DNA of 64,000 nt, taken from assembly GCA_022779305.1 (NCBI GenBank), contig JALFSW010000057.1:11910-75909 (forward strand), read 5' to 3'. Both the position numbers and the translations under genes were made by a program. A model generated the notes under the pieces. It did not search any database. It had not been told where the DNA came from and saw nothing but the letters and a program-made list of their open reading frames with translations. The stretch is from Prevotella sp. Its GTDB lineage: Bacteria; Bacteroidota; Bacteroidia; Bacteroidales; Bacteroidaceae. This document shows positions 1 to 8,871 of the stretch, piece by piece; positions within the stretch are counted from its first letter, which is position 1; each line of letters opens with the position of its first letter.

Positions 1-109
1 GGGTTACAACGCCCACCACATTGTATTTGTTTTCAACCAATTGTTTGAGTGTTTCCACTGCAAACGCAGGTGTTCCCATGAAAACAATTCGTATGTCTTT
101 TTTCTCCAT
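1..109 (-). CDS. fmt: methionyl-tRNA formyltransferase, N-terminal fragment (runs off the window)
   Basis: The reverse complement of 1-109 translates to MEKKDIRIVFMGTPAFAVETLKQLVENKYNVVGVVT, the typical Fmt N-terminus (IVFMGTP.FA). The ATG is at complement 107-109. Confidence 0.85.
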   Translation of the reverse strand, partial: MEKKDIRIVFMGTPAFAVETLKQLVENKYNVVGVVT

Positions 110-160
110 TGAGTTATCTGTTTTCTTTTATTTGGATCTTCTTACCTCTTTATTTAAATC

Positions 161-1948
161 TTATTCATCGCTGTAATCGGCTACCATCTTGCGATAGACG
201 CTATACAAGCGTGCTCGGGAAAGATAGCCAATGAGTACGCCATCGTTATCGGTAACAGGTAGGTTTTCTGCACCCGTACGCTCAAAGGTTCGCATCACTT
301 GCTCCATGGGGTCATTGAGTGTAACAGTGGCAGGCACGTCAGACATCAGTTGTTCCACACGGAAGCGATGATAGAGTTCTGTTCTGAAAATTATATGTCG
401 CAATTTTGTTATATCAATTTCGCCAAGTGGGTTTCCGCTTTTGTTCACTACGGGTATGTAGTTGTCTCGACTGGCACTGATGGCGTGGATGAGTTGCCCC
501 ATTTCCATTTCGGGTACTACCGAAATATAATCTCGCTCCACAATACTTGCAACGCTCATCATTGTGAGTACCGACTTATCCTTATGGTGTGTGAGGAGTT
601 TTCCTTGACGTGCGAGACGGACGGCATAAATACTGTGATTCTCAAAGATGTTGATTGTGAGATAAGAACTTATCGTAACAATGATCAACGGAATGAAAAG
701 GTTATACCCTCCAGTTAATTCTGCAATGAGAAAAATGCCTGTCAGCGGTGCATGCATCACTGCTGCCATTACGCCTGCCATACCATAGAGGGTGAAGTTT
801 TTTTCAGGCACGTATGCACCCAACTGATTGACATTCCATAGACGAGCAAAAAAGAAACCTGCAAACCCACCAATGAAAAGTGAAGGAGCAAACGTTCCAC
901 CACAGCCCCCTGCACCGTTGGTGGCACTTGTTGCAAAAACTTTTGTTATCATCACCAATCCAACATAAAGCACAAGGAACTCTGCATTTCCTGCAAACAT
1001 AGAACCACGCATCACTTGTTCCCACGTAGCCACATCTTTTCCCTCTATGAATAATGCCAAGCTGTTATAGCCTTCGCCATAGAGTGCAGGAAAGAAAAAT
1101 ATCAATGATGACAAGACGAGCCCTCCCGCTAGTAGACGCAAATAAGGACGACTGGCAAGTTTTCCATAATTGTCTTCACACCAAGCCATCATGCGCATGA
1201 AGTACAATGAAAGAAAACCACACATTATTCCCAAAAAGATAGTTGCTGGGACACGATTGAGGCTCCAAAGATAGTCAACTTTGAAGTCAAACATTGCACC
1301 ACCACCCGTAAAAAAGTAGGAAAAACATGTAGCCGTTACCGAAGAAATCAATATCGGCAGGAGTGATGCCATCGTGAGATCGAGCATTAAGACTTCGAGT
1401 GTGAAGACAAGTCCTGCAATGGGGGCTTTGAAAATGCCCGATACAGCGGCTGTTGCACCACATCCAACAAGCAATATGAGCGTTCTGTGGTTCATATTGA
1501 ACATACGCCCAAGGTTGCTACCTATTGCAGAACCTGTTAGCACGATAGGAGCTTCGGCTCCTACCGACCCTCCAAAACCAATAGTAATGGCAGACGCAAC
1601 GATGGAAGTCCATGTGTTGTGTCCTTTAAGTTTTGATTGTTTAGTGGAAATGGCATAGAGCACGCGCGTAATGCCATGGGATATGTGGTCCCTAACGATA
1701 TATTTAACAAACAAACTGGTGAGCCAAATACCGATAACGGGGTAGAGAAGATAGAGCCAGTTAAATGTCATTACGTGAAATCCAGAGGTTACCAAACTCT
1801 CGATTTCCTTGATGATGAGATGTAGTACGAAAGCTGCCACAGATGCAAGAAATCCCACGACGAAAGCAAGCAATAAGATGAATTGCTTGTCGGAAATTTT
1901 TTCTTGTCGCCACGTTTCAATGGTCGCTATAACGTTTTGTCCTAACAT
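161..1948 (-). CDS. ClC-family chloride channel / H+-Cl- antiporter with C-terminal CBS pair
   Basis: 595-aa polytopic protein with ClC-like motifs GSVGAEAP, GIFKAP and GTFAPS. The C-terminal ~140 aa is soluble and CBS-like. Confidence 0.9.
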   Translation of the reverse strand: MLGQNVIATIETWRQEKISDKQFILLLAFVVGFLASVAAFVLHLIIKEIESLVTSGFHVMTFNWLYLLYPVIGIWLTSLFVKYIVRDHISHGITRVLYAISTKQSKLKGHNTWTSIVASAITIGFGGSVGAEAPIVLTGSAIGSNLGRMFNMNHRTLILLVGCGATAAVSGIFKAPIAGLVFTLEVLMLDLTMASLLPILISSVTATCFSYFFTGGGAMFDFKVDYLWSLNRVPATIFLGIMCGFLSLYFMRMMAWCEDNYGKLASRPYLRLLAGGLVLSSLIFFFPALYGEGYNSLALFIEGKDVATWEQVMRGSMFAGNAEFLVLYVGLVMITKVFATSATNGAGGCGGTFAPSLFIGGFAGFFFARLWNVNQLGAYVPEKNFTLYGMAGVMAAVMHAPLTGIFLIAELTGGYNLFIPLIIVTISSYLTINIFENHSIYAVRLARQGKLLTHHKDKSVLTMMSVASIVERDYISVVPEMEMGQLIHAISASRDNYIPVVNKSGNPLGEIDITKLRHIIFRTELYHRFRVEQLMSDVPATVTLNDPMEQVMRTFERTGAENLPVTDNDGVLIGYLSRARLYSVYRKMVADYSDE

Positions 1949-2016
1949 CTTTGTTTGTCAATTCTTTAATCGTGTTGTCGCTTCTTGTTTTTTGTGTTGA
2001 ATTTATGGCTTTTACA

Positions 2017-2586
2017 CTATTTTCTTATTACCTCGACTTCGCCACCTTTGCCTATTTTTATAATGGTTGACGCTTCATGGGGTTTGTGTTCTTGTCGGCG
2101 TGCGAAGCAAACATAATCAACGGCTTCTAATATTTGGGGTGAGATGTCGCGATAGTTTTGTGCTGCAGGTTCGCCACTAATATTGGCAGACGTGCTAACA
2201 ATTGCTTTTTGGAAGCGATAGCAAAGTTGATTGGAAAAAGGTTCTTTGGTGATGCGAATGCCCACTGTTCCATCTTTCCCAATGAGATTGGGTGCAAGAT
2301 TTACGGCATCATCAAGTATCAGCGTTGTTGGTTTAACTACTGCATCAATCAGTTGCCATGCAACATCTGGCACATTGCGCACATATCGTTGCAGGCGATG
2401 GTCGGAATCGACAAGACAAACCATTGCTTTTGAATCGCTACGCTGTTTGATTTGATATACCTTTGCAACGGCTTCAGGGTTGGTTGCATCGCATCCGATG
2501 CCCCATATAGTGTCAGTGGGGTAGAGAATAACGCCCCCTTGGCGCATTACTTCAACCGCTTTCTTTATATCTTCTTCTGTCTTCAT
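2017..2586 (-). CDS. tsaC: L-threonylcarbamoyladenylate synthase (YrdC/Sua5/TsaC family)
   Basis: YrdC-fold motif YPTDTIWGIGCDA and STSANISGEP. I chose the ATG at 2586; the longer track ORF starts on GTG at 2613. Confidence 0.85.
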   Translation of the reverse strand: MKTEEDIKKAVEVMRQGGVILYPTDTIWGIGCDATNPEAVAKVYQIKQRSDSKAMVCLVDSDHRLQRYVRNVPDVAWQLIDAVVKPTTLILDDAVNLAPNLIGKDGTVGIRITKEPFSNQLCYRFQKAIVSTSANISGEPAAQNYRDISPQILEAVDYVCFARRQEHKPHEASTIIKIGKGGEVEVIRK

Positions 2587-2872
2587 TTTTGTTTCTGCTT
2601 CATCACGCACCACATTGCGTACCGCAAAGATATTACAAAAAAATGAGAAGGCAAAGCAAAACGTTTTAAAAAGTAGAGAAAAAAGGGAATATATTATTTA
2701 AATAAGGTGATAAATGTGTTTTGGGAGATTTATGTAAAGTGTGAACTGAGTTGGGTTTTTATGCTTCTTTTTTTTGCAGATTATTTCTTGAAATTTAATT
2801 GTTTTATTTTGATAATAAGATATTTATGTTTGATGGTTGTAGAATATCTTTAAATAAGAAAATCGTCTGTAT

Positions 2873-2961
2873 GCTAAGTGAGCTTTACTTGTGTTGCAAC
2901 TGAGGCTTATTTGCTGGGTAAGTGAGGCTCATTTGCGATGCAAGTAAGGCTTAGTTAGAGG
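2873..2961. repeat. four tandem ~22-bp units with core TGAGGCT(C/T)A (locus A of a dispersed family)
   Basis: The four units are gctaagtgagctttacttgtgtt, gcaactgaggcttatttgctgg, gtaagtgaggctcatttgcgat and gcaagtaaggcttagttagagg. They are contiguous and intergenic. Confidence 0.85.
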
Positions 2962-3028
2962 AGATGGAAATTATGTATGCTTTGACAATAATTTTTTAAA
3001 AGATGAGCTATATTAATTTTCATCTTAT

Positions 3029-3036
3029 TAACTTTG
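3029..3036 (+). promoter_or_regulatory. Bacteroidota -7 promoter box (TAACTTTG)
   Basis: Perfect TAnnTTTG match, 32 nt upstream of the ATG at 3068. Confidence 0.45.
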
Positions 3037-3067
3037 TGGCAAATAAACCATATTCCATGCAATTATT

Positions 3068-3652
3068 ATGATGAAGCACAAATTATTTTATTTCTTGCTT
3101 TTGCTCTTTTTCTGTATTAGTTGTGAGAAAGAAACAATAGGCACAGACGCAGAACAGCCTGAAACCATTGATGATGGAGGGAGCGAAGAGGGAGAATTTG
3201 ATTTTGATTCGGATGCAATGCAGTTGCCTATTTTGAGTGTGAGTGACTTTTTGGAAGGTGATTTTGGGACAGATTATGTCGGCGTTGAAGGCTACATTGT
3301 TGGTGCATGTAAGGCAAATATTAAAAATGCAGAGTGGTGTGAGCCATTTTCATTTAATAACGCCCTTCTTTTGGCAGACGATCCAGGTGAGACAGGTGTT
3401 GATAAAGTTATAGCTATACAGCTGCGAACAAAGGAAATGCAGGCAGTCTATGGCTTAGGACTTAACCCAGAAAATTATCAACGGCGGATAATTTTTTACG
3501 GAACAAAACAGCGTTATCTGGGTATTTGGGGCATGAAAAAAGACGTGTGGGCAGGAGAATGGATAGATGAAAGTAGAATTTATGGAAAAAAGTTTGTAGA
3601 AAAAGATAAAAGTTGTTATATTTGCATCCGTAAGCACATAAAAAACGATTAA
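3068..3652 (+). CDS. hypothetical lipoprotein
   Basis: Lipoprotein signal MMKHKLFYFLLLLFFCISC followed by an acidic linker. Lies 59 nt upstream of the ECF sigma gene on the same strand. Family not recognised with confidence. Confidence 0.6.
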   Translation: MMKHKLFYFLLLLFFCISCEKETIGTDAEQPETIDDGGSEEGEFDFDSDAMQLPILSVSDFLEGDFGTDYVGVEGYIVGACKANIKNAEWCEPFSFNNALLLADDPGETGVDKVIAIQLRTKEMQAVYGLGLNPENYQRRIIFYGTKQRYLGIWGMKKDVWAGEWIDESRIYGKKFVEKDKSCYICIRKHIKND

Positions 3653-3710
3653 ATTTTAAATATCATTTCGCCTATCGAAACAACATTACTTAATTATAAA
3701 CATTTAAGGA

Positions 3711-4307
3711 ATGAAACATTTGAAGAAAATATCAGACGAAGAATTGGCTTTGTCTTATATTGCAGGCGATACTAAGGCGTTCGACCTTTTATTGTTGCGT
3801 AATCAATCGAAATTGTTTGCCTATATTTTGTTTGTTGTTCGTGATCGTGATGTTGCAGACGATATTTTCCAAGAGACCTTCATTAAGGTTATCACGAAGC
3901 TGCAAGAGGGGAAATATTCTCCGAGTGGAAAGTTTAGTGCATGGATTATGCGCATTGCTCACAATGTGATCATGGATTGGTATAGAGCAAGTAAAACAGA
4001 TAAAATAGTTGAAGCTCCAAAAGACAATGATCTTTCTTGCATGGGTGCTTTGGATCTTCAGACAGGAAATGTTGAAAATGATTTTGTAAATACTCAAACA
4101 GTGCAAGATATTGAAACGATGATGAACCATTTGCCATCTTCGCAACGAGAAGTGGTTTTTATGCGCTTTTATCAAGGCTTATCGTTCAAAGAAATAGCCG
4201 AGACTACGGGTGTAAGTATTAACACGAGTCTCGGCAGAATGCGGTATGCAATTTTAAATTTGCGTAGAATGATTCGCGAACACAATGTGTCGCTGCAATT
4301 GTTTTAA
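3711..4307 (+). CDS. RNA polymerase sigma-70 factor, ECF subfamily
   Basis: Region 2 is DIFQETFIKV...WIMRIAHNVIMDWYR. Region 4 HTH is LSFKEIAETTGVSINTSLGRMRYAILNLR. Confidence 0.9.
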   Translation: MKHLKKISDEELALSYIAGDTKAFDLLLLRNQSKLFAYILFVVRDRDVADDIFQETFIKVITKLQEGKYSPSGKFSAWIMRIAHNVIMDWYRASKTDKIVEAPKDNDLSCMGALDLQTGNVENDFVNTQTVQDIETMMNHLPSSQREVVFMRFYQGLSFKEIAETTGVSINTSLGRMRYAILNLRRMIREHNVSLQLF

Positions 4308-4960
4308 CGTGTCAGTGATTTGAGTGAACTGATTGTAGCGATCGGGTCGTTGGCTTTGAAAACATAGTTTCCGCTAACGAGCATGTCTGCACCTGCTTTA
4401 ACGAGGAGTGGAGCAGTATCAGCTTGTACACCGCCGTCTACTTCAATGATGGCGTTACTACCCGATTGCGTGATGAGCGTGCGCAGACGCTCCACTTTTT
4501 TCACTGCGTTCTCAATGAATTTTTGTCCGCCAAAGCCTGGATTTACACTCATGAGCAGTACCAAATCAACATCGTTAATGATGTCTTCCAATTGTGAAAT
4601 GGGGGTAGATGGGTTAAGTACAACGCCTGCCTTCATCCCGTTTTGCTTGATTTGTTGTATCGTTCGATGGAGATGTGTGCAGGCTTCATAATGCACACTC
4701 ATAATTGCTGCCCCCGAATCAGCTGTTTGTTGGATATAGTTTTCAGGGTGCACAATCATAAAATGTACATCCATCGGCTTTTTGCAAGCCTTACCGACAG
4801 CGTTCAGAACTGGAAATCCGAAAGAAATATTGGGCACGAAGACGCCATCCATGATGTCCATATGAATGAAGTCTGCCTCGCTCTGGTTTATCATCTCAAT
4901 GTCTCTGTCTAAGTGTAGGAAATCTGCCGAGAGAAGAGACGGTGCTATTAATGTTGCCAT
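4304..4960 (-). CDS. rpe: ribulose-phosphate 3-epimerase
   Basis: Motifs APSLLSADF, HMDIMDGVFVPN and MSVNPGFGGQKF. The start is set at the internal ATG (MATLIAPS) rather than the extended track ORF. Confidence 0.92.
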   Translation of the reverse strand: MATLIAPSLLSADFLHLDRDIEMINQSEADFIHMDIMDGVFVPNISFGFPVLNAVGKACKKPMDVHFMIVHPENYIQQTADSGAAIMSVHYEACTHLHRTIQQIKQNGMKAGVVLNPSTPISQLEDIINDVDLVLLMSVNPGFGGQKFIENAVKKVERLRTLITQSGSNAIIEVDGGVQADTAPLLVKAGADMLVSGNYVFKANDPIATISSLKSLTR

Positions 4961-5280
4961 ACTTTCTTTTAATTGAGTTGATAATTTATGATGCGTCCTT
5001 TTGCTTTTATGGCTGCGCATGTGTAGGCAAATTGGCGAATGATGTCCAACGTTCTTTTCGAGGGCTTTAAGTCTTCTTTTGTAAATATTTCTATCATAGG
5101 CATAATTGTTTGAAATGAGTTCTATGTTAAGAACGTGGTCTACATCGCTTTTATTATATGCATGCTTGAAAATTATGCGTTTTTCTTTGATGAGTCAGCT
5201 AACAGGGCTGGATGAGAAGATTTAAGGTGGATTCGGAGAAATTAGTCATTAAAAAATAGTTGAGAAACTACTTTTTTTCT

Positions 5281-5288
5281 TATCTTTG
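5281..5288 (+). promoter_or_regulatory. Bacteroidota -7 promoter box (TATCTTTG)
   Basis: Perfect TAnnTTTG match, 52 nt upstream of the ATG at 5340. Confidence 0.45.
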
Positions 5289-5339
5289 TAGTTCTGATTA
5301 TAAAACGTTTTTTAGGAAAGAAAAGAACAAAAGCTCTTT

Positions 5340-6023
5340 ATGATAATAGAAATAAATGGTCTGTTTACTACAGAAAGTATTGACGAATGGGCGTCGCTTG
5401 ATTTTGATTGGCTAGCTTTTGACTTTCAGAACGGCAGCCCTTTTTATGTGAAACAGGTTTCTTCGGGGGCAGGAATCATTCCCGATTATCGAAACTTGGC
5501 TGCTGCTAAAGGCGAGAAGCATAGCGAAGAATGCCAATTGAAAGCGAGAAAAGCACTGAAAACGGTGGGTGTTTTTGCAGACGATATGCCACAAAATATC
5601 ATCATTCGCTTGGTGAATTTTAAATTGGACGTGGTTCGTTTGGAGGGGAATGAAAGTGCAGTGATGGTCGAAAATTTGCTGCGTTCGGTTGTGCCAGATC
5701 TTTGTCAAAATCTTGAGATTGTGAAAACAATCCATGTGTCTACAGCCCCCGATACTTTCGATCAATGCAAGGAATATGAAGGTTTGGTGGACTATTTCTT
5801 GTTTCGTGGAGAAGGTATATCTTCTTCATTGCTTGATGGTTATACCGGCACGACACCTTTCTTGCTCGGAAATGATGTGGAGGAGGATGTTTTGGCGGTT
5901 TTGAAAGCCAACAAACATTCGAAGTTTGCTGGTGTTTCGATAGAAAAGAGCCTTTCAGCGGATCAAATGTCAGATACTGACAGCGCATTAAAAGAAAGAA
6001 TTATCCGTTTGCGAGAATTGTAA
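5340..6023 (+). CDS. divergent TrpF-like (phosphoribosylanthranilate isomerase family) protein
   Basis: Its length and pattern (IEINGLFT..., WLAFDF..GSPFYV, VGVFADD, DVVRLEG) parallel TrpF (KICGit, GfiF...SPRyv, vGVFvn, vQLHG). EING replaces the catalytic-Cys motif. Confidence 0.4.
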   Translation: MIIEINGLFTTESIDEWASLDFDWLAFDFQNGSPFYVKQVSSGAGIIPDYRNLAAAKGEKHSEECQLKARKALKTVGVFADDMPQNIIIRLVNFKLDVVRLEGNESAVMVENLLRSVVPDLCQNLEIVKTIHVSTAPDTFDQCKEYEGLVDYFLFRGEGISSSLLDGYTGTTPFLLGNDVEEDVLAVLKANKHSKFAGVSIEKSLSADQMSDTDSALKERIIRLREL

Positions 6024-6045
6024 ATGTTGTCATTATTGTTTGATT

Positions 6046-6627
6046 ATGCAACAGAGAGAGAAAATCAGGTGTGTGATCATAGACAATTATGATTCTTTTA
6101 CCTATAATCTTGTACACCTTGTGGAGGATTTAGGGGCTGAAGTGGTGGTTTTTAAGAACGATCAGTTTGCACTTCCCAACTTGCAAACGTTCGATAAGAT
6201 TTTGCTAAGTCCTGGTCCTGGCGTTCCTTCGGAGGCGGGACTTCTCTTGGATGTAATCAAGCATTATGAAGGGAAAAAATCTATTTTGGGTGTTTGTTTG
6301 GGGCATCAAGCGATAGGGGAGTGGTATGGCGGAACGATGGAAAACCTATCATCGGTGTTTCATGGTGTTTCAAGTAAAATCGTTCTACATAACAAGTCTT
6401 GTATATTCAAAGGATTGCCCAATATGATAGAAGTGGGGCGGTATCATAGTTGGGTGATTTCTACGAACAATTTGCCTCACGAATTAGAGGTAACGGCAAC
6501 CACGAAAGAAGGCTTGATAATGGGTTTGCGCCACAAGTATTATGACATAGAAGGCATTCAGTTTCATCCCGAAAGCATTTTGACACCCGATGGCAAAACG
6601 ATTATTCAAAACTGGCTTAATCAGTAG
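6046..6627 (+). CDS. glutamine amidotransferase subunit of aminodeoxychorismate / anthranilate synthase (PabA/TrpG type)
   Basis: Motifs IIDNYDSFTYNL, GVCLGHQAI (nucleophile Cys) and IQFHPESILT. ATG at 6046; the track ORF begins on TTG at 6040. Confidence 0.9.
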   Translation: MQQREKIRCVIIDNYDSFTYNLVHLVEDLGAEVVVFKNDQFALPNLQTFDKILLSPGPGVPSEAGLLLDVIKHYEGKKSILGVCLGHQAIGEWYGGTMENLSSVFHGVSSKIVLHNKSCIFKGLPNMIEVGRYHSWVISTNNLPHELEVTATTKEGLIMGLRHKYYDIEGIQFHPESILTPDGKTIIQNWLNQ

Positions 6628-6666
6628 AGATGTTCTGTATAGCTAATTTAAAATTACGCTTAAATA

Positions 6667-7251
6667 ATGATGGTACAAAAGCAAGAAATTGATAGGAAGA
6701 AAATGAATAAAATAGAAGACGACGGGTTTGATTGGTATGCTGTTCGCCTTTTCACCACGAAACAAGACGAAGTAGTACACTATTTTGAGGAAAAAGGATT
6801 GGAATGTTTTGTGCCTATGAGTCAGCGTGTGGAGCAAGACGAAAACGGTCGGATACGAAAATCAACGAAACCCGTTGTGCGCAACATTGTGTTTGTGAAG
6901 CAAACAATTTCGGAAGTCGATTTCAAGCAAATAATGTTTGCTTCCGATCTGAAAATGAGCGTAATGACCATTCATCCAACATCACGTGATTACTACCGAA
7001 TACCCCATGCTCAAATGTATGAATTTCGTTTGCTTTGTAATCCAGAATTGGGTAATCATCAATTCCTTTCTTCCGAAGAGGCAAATATGAAAACGGGTGA
7101 TGCCGTTTATGTGAAACATGGGCCACTGAAAGGACTTACGGGGCGGTTGGTGCGCAGTAGTAAGAAATATTATTTACTAAAAGAGATACCTGGCATTGGT
7201 ATCATGACGCAGGTATCTCGTTGGTGTTGTGTTCCTTTAGAAGCGAAGTGA
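6667..7251 (+). CDS. UpxY-family (NusG-like) transcription antiterminator
   Basis: NGN-like region WYAVRLFTTKQDEVVHYFEEKGLECFVPM..PVVRNIVFVK. KOW-like region GDAVYVKHGPLKGLTGRLV. Confidence 0.75.
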   Translation: MMVQKQEIDRKKMNKIEDDGFDWYAVRLFTTKQDEVVHYFEEKGLECFVPMSQRVEQDENGRIRKSTKPVVRNIVFVKQTISEVDFKQIMFASDLKMSVMTIHPTSRDYYRIPHAQMYEFRLLCNPELGNHQFLSSEEANMKTGDAVYVKHGPLKGLTGRLVRSSKKYYLLKEIPGIGIMTQVSRWCCVPLEAK

Positions 7252-7277
7252 TCGTGTAAAATTCATTTTCTAAGCGT

Positions 7278-8846
7278 TTAGAACTCGCTCGTAAAGTGGA
7301 ATTTTATGTTTTCAAAGTCTTGTTGTGCCATACTCAGGACATAGCCAGAGTCTGCCAAAAAAACATCTCTTCCTTCAATGTCTTTTGCCATGTATTGATA
7401 TTTTCGCTTCTTGAAATTTTTTAATTCGGTGTCGTTTTCAGCTTCAATCCAACATGCTTTGTGCAAATGAACAGGTTCCCAGCGGCATTTTGCATTGTAT
7501 TCATGCTCTAAACGATATTGAATTACTTCAAATTGGAGTTGTCCCACTGTTCCAACAATTCTTCGGTTATTGAATTGATTAACAAATAATTGAGCTACAC
7601 CTTCATTCATTAGTTGCTCAAGTCCTTTCATGAATTGCTTGGATTTCATCGGATCATCGTTCTCGATGTATTTAAACAATTCTGGAGAAAAGCTCGGAAG
7701 TCCTCTGAAATGAATGTTCTCGCCCTCTGTCAGCGTATCGCCTATTTTAAAAATGCCACCGCTATCTGGCAAACCAATGATGTCGCCAGGGTATGCTTCA
7801 TCAACTGTGCTTTTTCGTTGTGCCATAAATTGAGTGGGCGAAGAAAAGCGCATGGTTTTTCCATTGCGGATGTGTAAATAGGGTTGGTTGCGTTGAAATT
7901 TCCCAGAACAAACCTTACAAAAGGCTATACAGCTGCGATGATTGGGGTCTATATTGGCTGTTATTTTGAAGATGAAGCCCGAAAATTTCTTTTCAGTTGG
8001 ATCAACGAGACGTTCTTCGGCTTGTGTGGGCTTTGGGCTTGGTGCAATCTTGATGAAACAATTCAGCAATTCTTGTACACCAAAGTTGTTAAGAGCCGAC
8101 CCAAAGAAAACAGGTGCAACTTCGGCAGAGCGATAAGTCTCTATGTTAAACTCTGGATAAACTCCATCTACGAGTTCAAGGTCGCTGCGAAGGCGTTCTG
8201 CAAAGGTTTCTCCTACTTGTTCATCGAGTTCTGTTGACGCAATATCAACCTCTACTGTTTCGGTTACTCTTTGTTTGTTGGGGGTGAAGAGATTTAATTT
8301 TTCTTCAAAGATATTATACACTCCCTTGAAGCGTTGACCTTGTCCAATGGGCCATGAGAGTGGACGAACGCTGATTTTGAGTTCTTCTTCCAATTCATCT
8401 AAGAGTTCAAAAGGATCTCGTCCTTCTCTATCCATCTTGTTGATGAAGATGATCACAGGCGTGTTTCTCATACGACAAACCTCCATCAGTTTTCTGGTTT
8501 GTGTCTCCACACCTTTTGCCGAATCTACAACGATAATCGCCGAGTCGACTGCTGTGAGCGTTCTGTAAGTGTCTTCGGCAAAATCTTGGTGACCAGGTGT
8601 GTCCAAAATGTTTACCTTATAGCCTTCGTAGTCAAACTCCATAACCGATGTTGATACAGAGATACCACGTTGTTTCTCTATGTCCATCCAATCGGAAGTG
8701 GCTGTTTTTTGTATTTTGTTGCTTTTAACAGCCCCTGCAACTTGTATTTGTCCACCAAACAAGAGAAACTTTTCTGTCAGTGTTGTCTTACCAGCGTCGG
8801 GGTGTGAGATGATAGCAAAGGTTCTTCTGCGTTCTATTTCGTTCAT
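7278..8846 (-). CDS. prfC: peptide chain release factor 3
   Basis: GTPase motifs [24 protein letters not shown] and NKMD. 522 aa. Confidence 0.95.
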   Translation of the reverse strand: MNEIERRRTFAIISHPDAGKTTLTEKFLLFGGQIQVAGAVKSNKIQKTATSDWMDIEKQRGISVSTSVMEFDYEGYKVNILDTPGHQDFAEDTYRTLTAVDSAIIVVDSAKGVETQTRKLMEVCRMRNTPVIIFINKMDREGRDPFELLDELEEELKISVRPLSWPIGQGQRFKGVYNIFEEKLNLFTPNKQRVTETVEVDIASTELDEQVGETFAERLRSDLELVDGVYPEFNIETYRSAEVAPVFFGSALNNFGVQELLNCFIKIAPSPKPTQAEERLVDPTEKKFSGFIFKITANIDPNHRSCIAFCKVCSGKFQRNQPYLHIRNGKTMRFSSPTQFMAQRKSTVDEAYPGDIIGLPDSGGIFKIGDTLTEGENIHFRGLPSFSPELFKYIENDDPMKSKQFMKGLEQLMNEGVAQLFVNQFNNRRIVGTVGQLQFEVIQYRLEHEYNAKCRWEPVHLHKACWIEAENDTELKNFKKRKYQYMAKDIEGRDVFLADSGYVLSMAQQDFENIKFHFTSEF

Positions 8847-8871
8847 ATTTGTATTCTAAAACCTTGTGAGA

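Noticed and set aside
2873-2961. CRISPR array interpretation of the tandem 22-bp units (also at 19689, 34164, 46645 and 56440)
   Set aside because: The units are contiguous, with no unique spacers between them. There are only 3-4 per locus, they diverge from each other, and no cas genes are present.
4304-4307. Convergent ECF-sigma and rpe genes sharing a TTAA in which both stop codons overlap
   Set aside because: The overlap is real in the sequence, but a 4-nt convergent overlap on a palindromic TTAA is a common consequence of compact genomes. It is noted only as a curiosity.
4969-5103. 44-codon upstream ORF (MPMIEIFTKEDLKPSKRTLDIIRQFAYTCAAIKAKGRIINYQLN) ending 9 nt before the rpe ATG
   Set aside because: It has no recognisable family, no supporting promoter or RBS evidence, and a length below what I can support from sequence alone. 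It could be tested by ribosome profiling.
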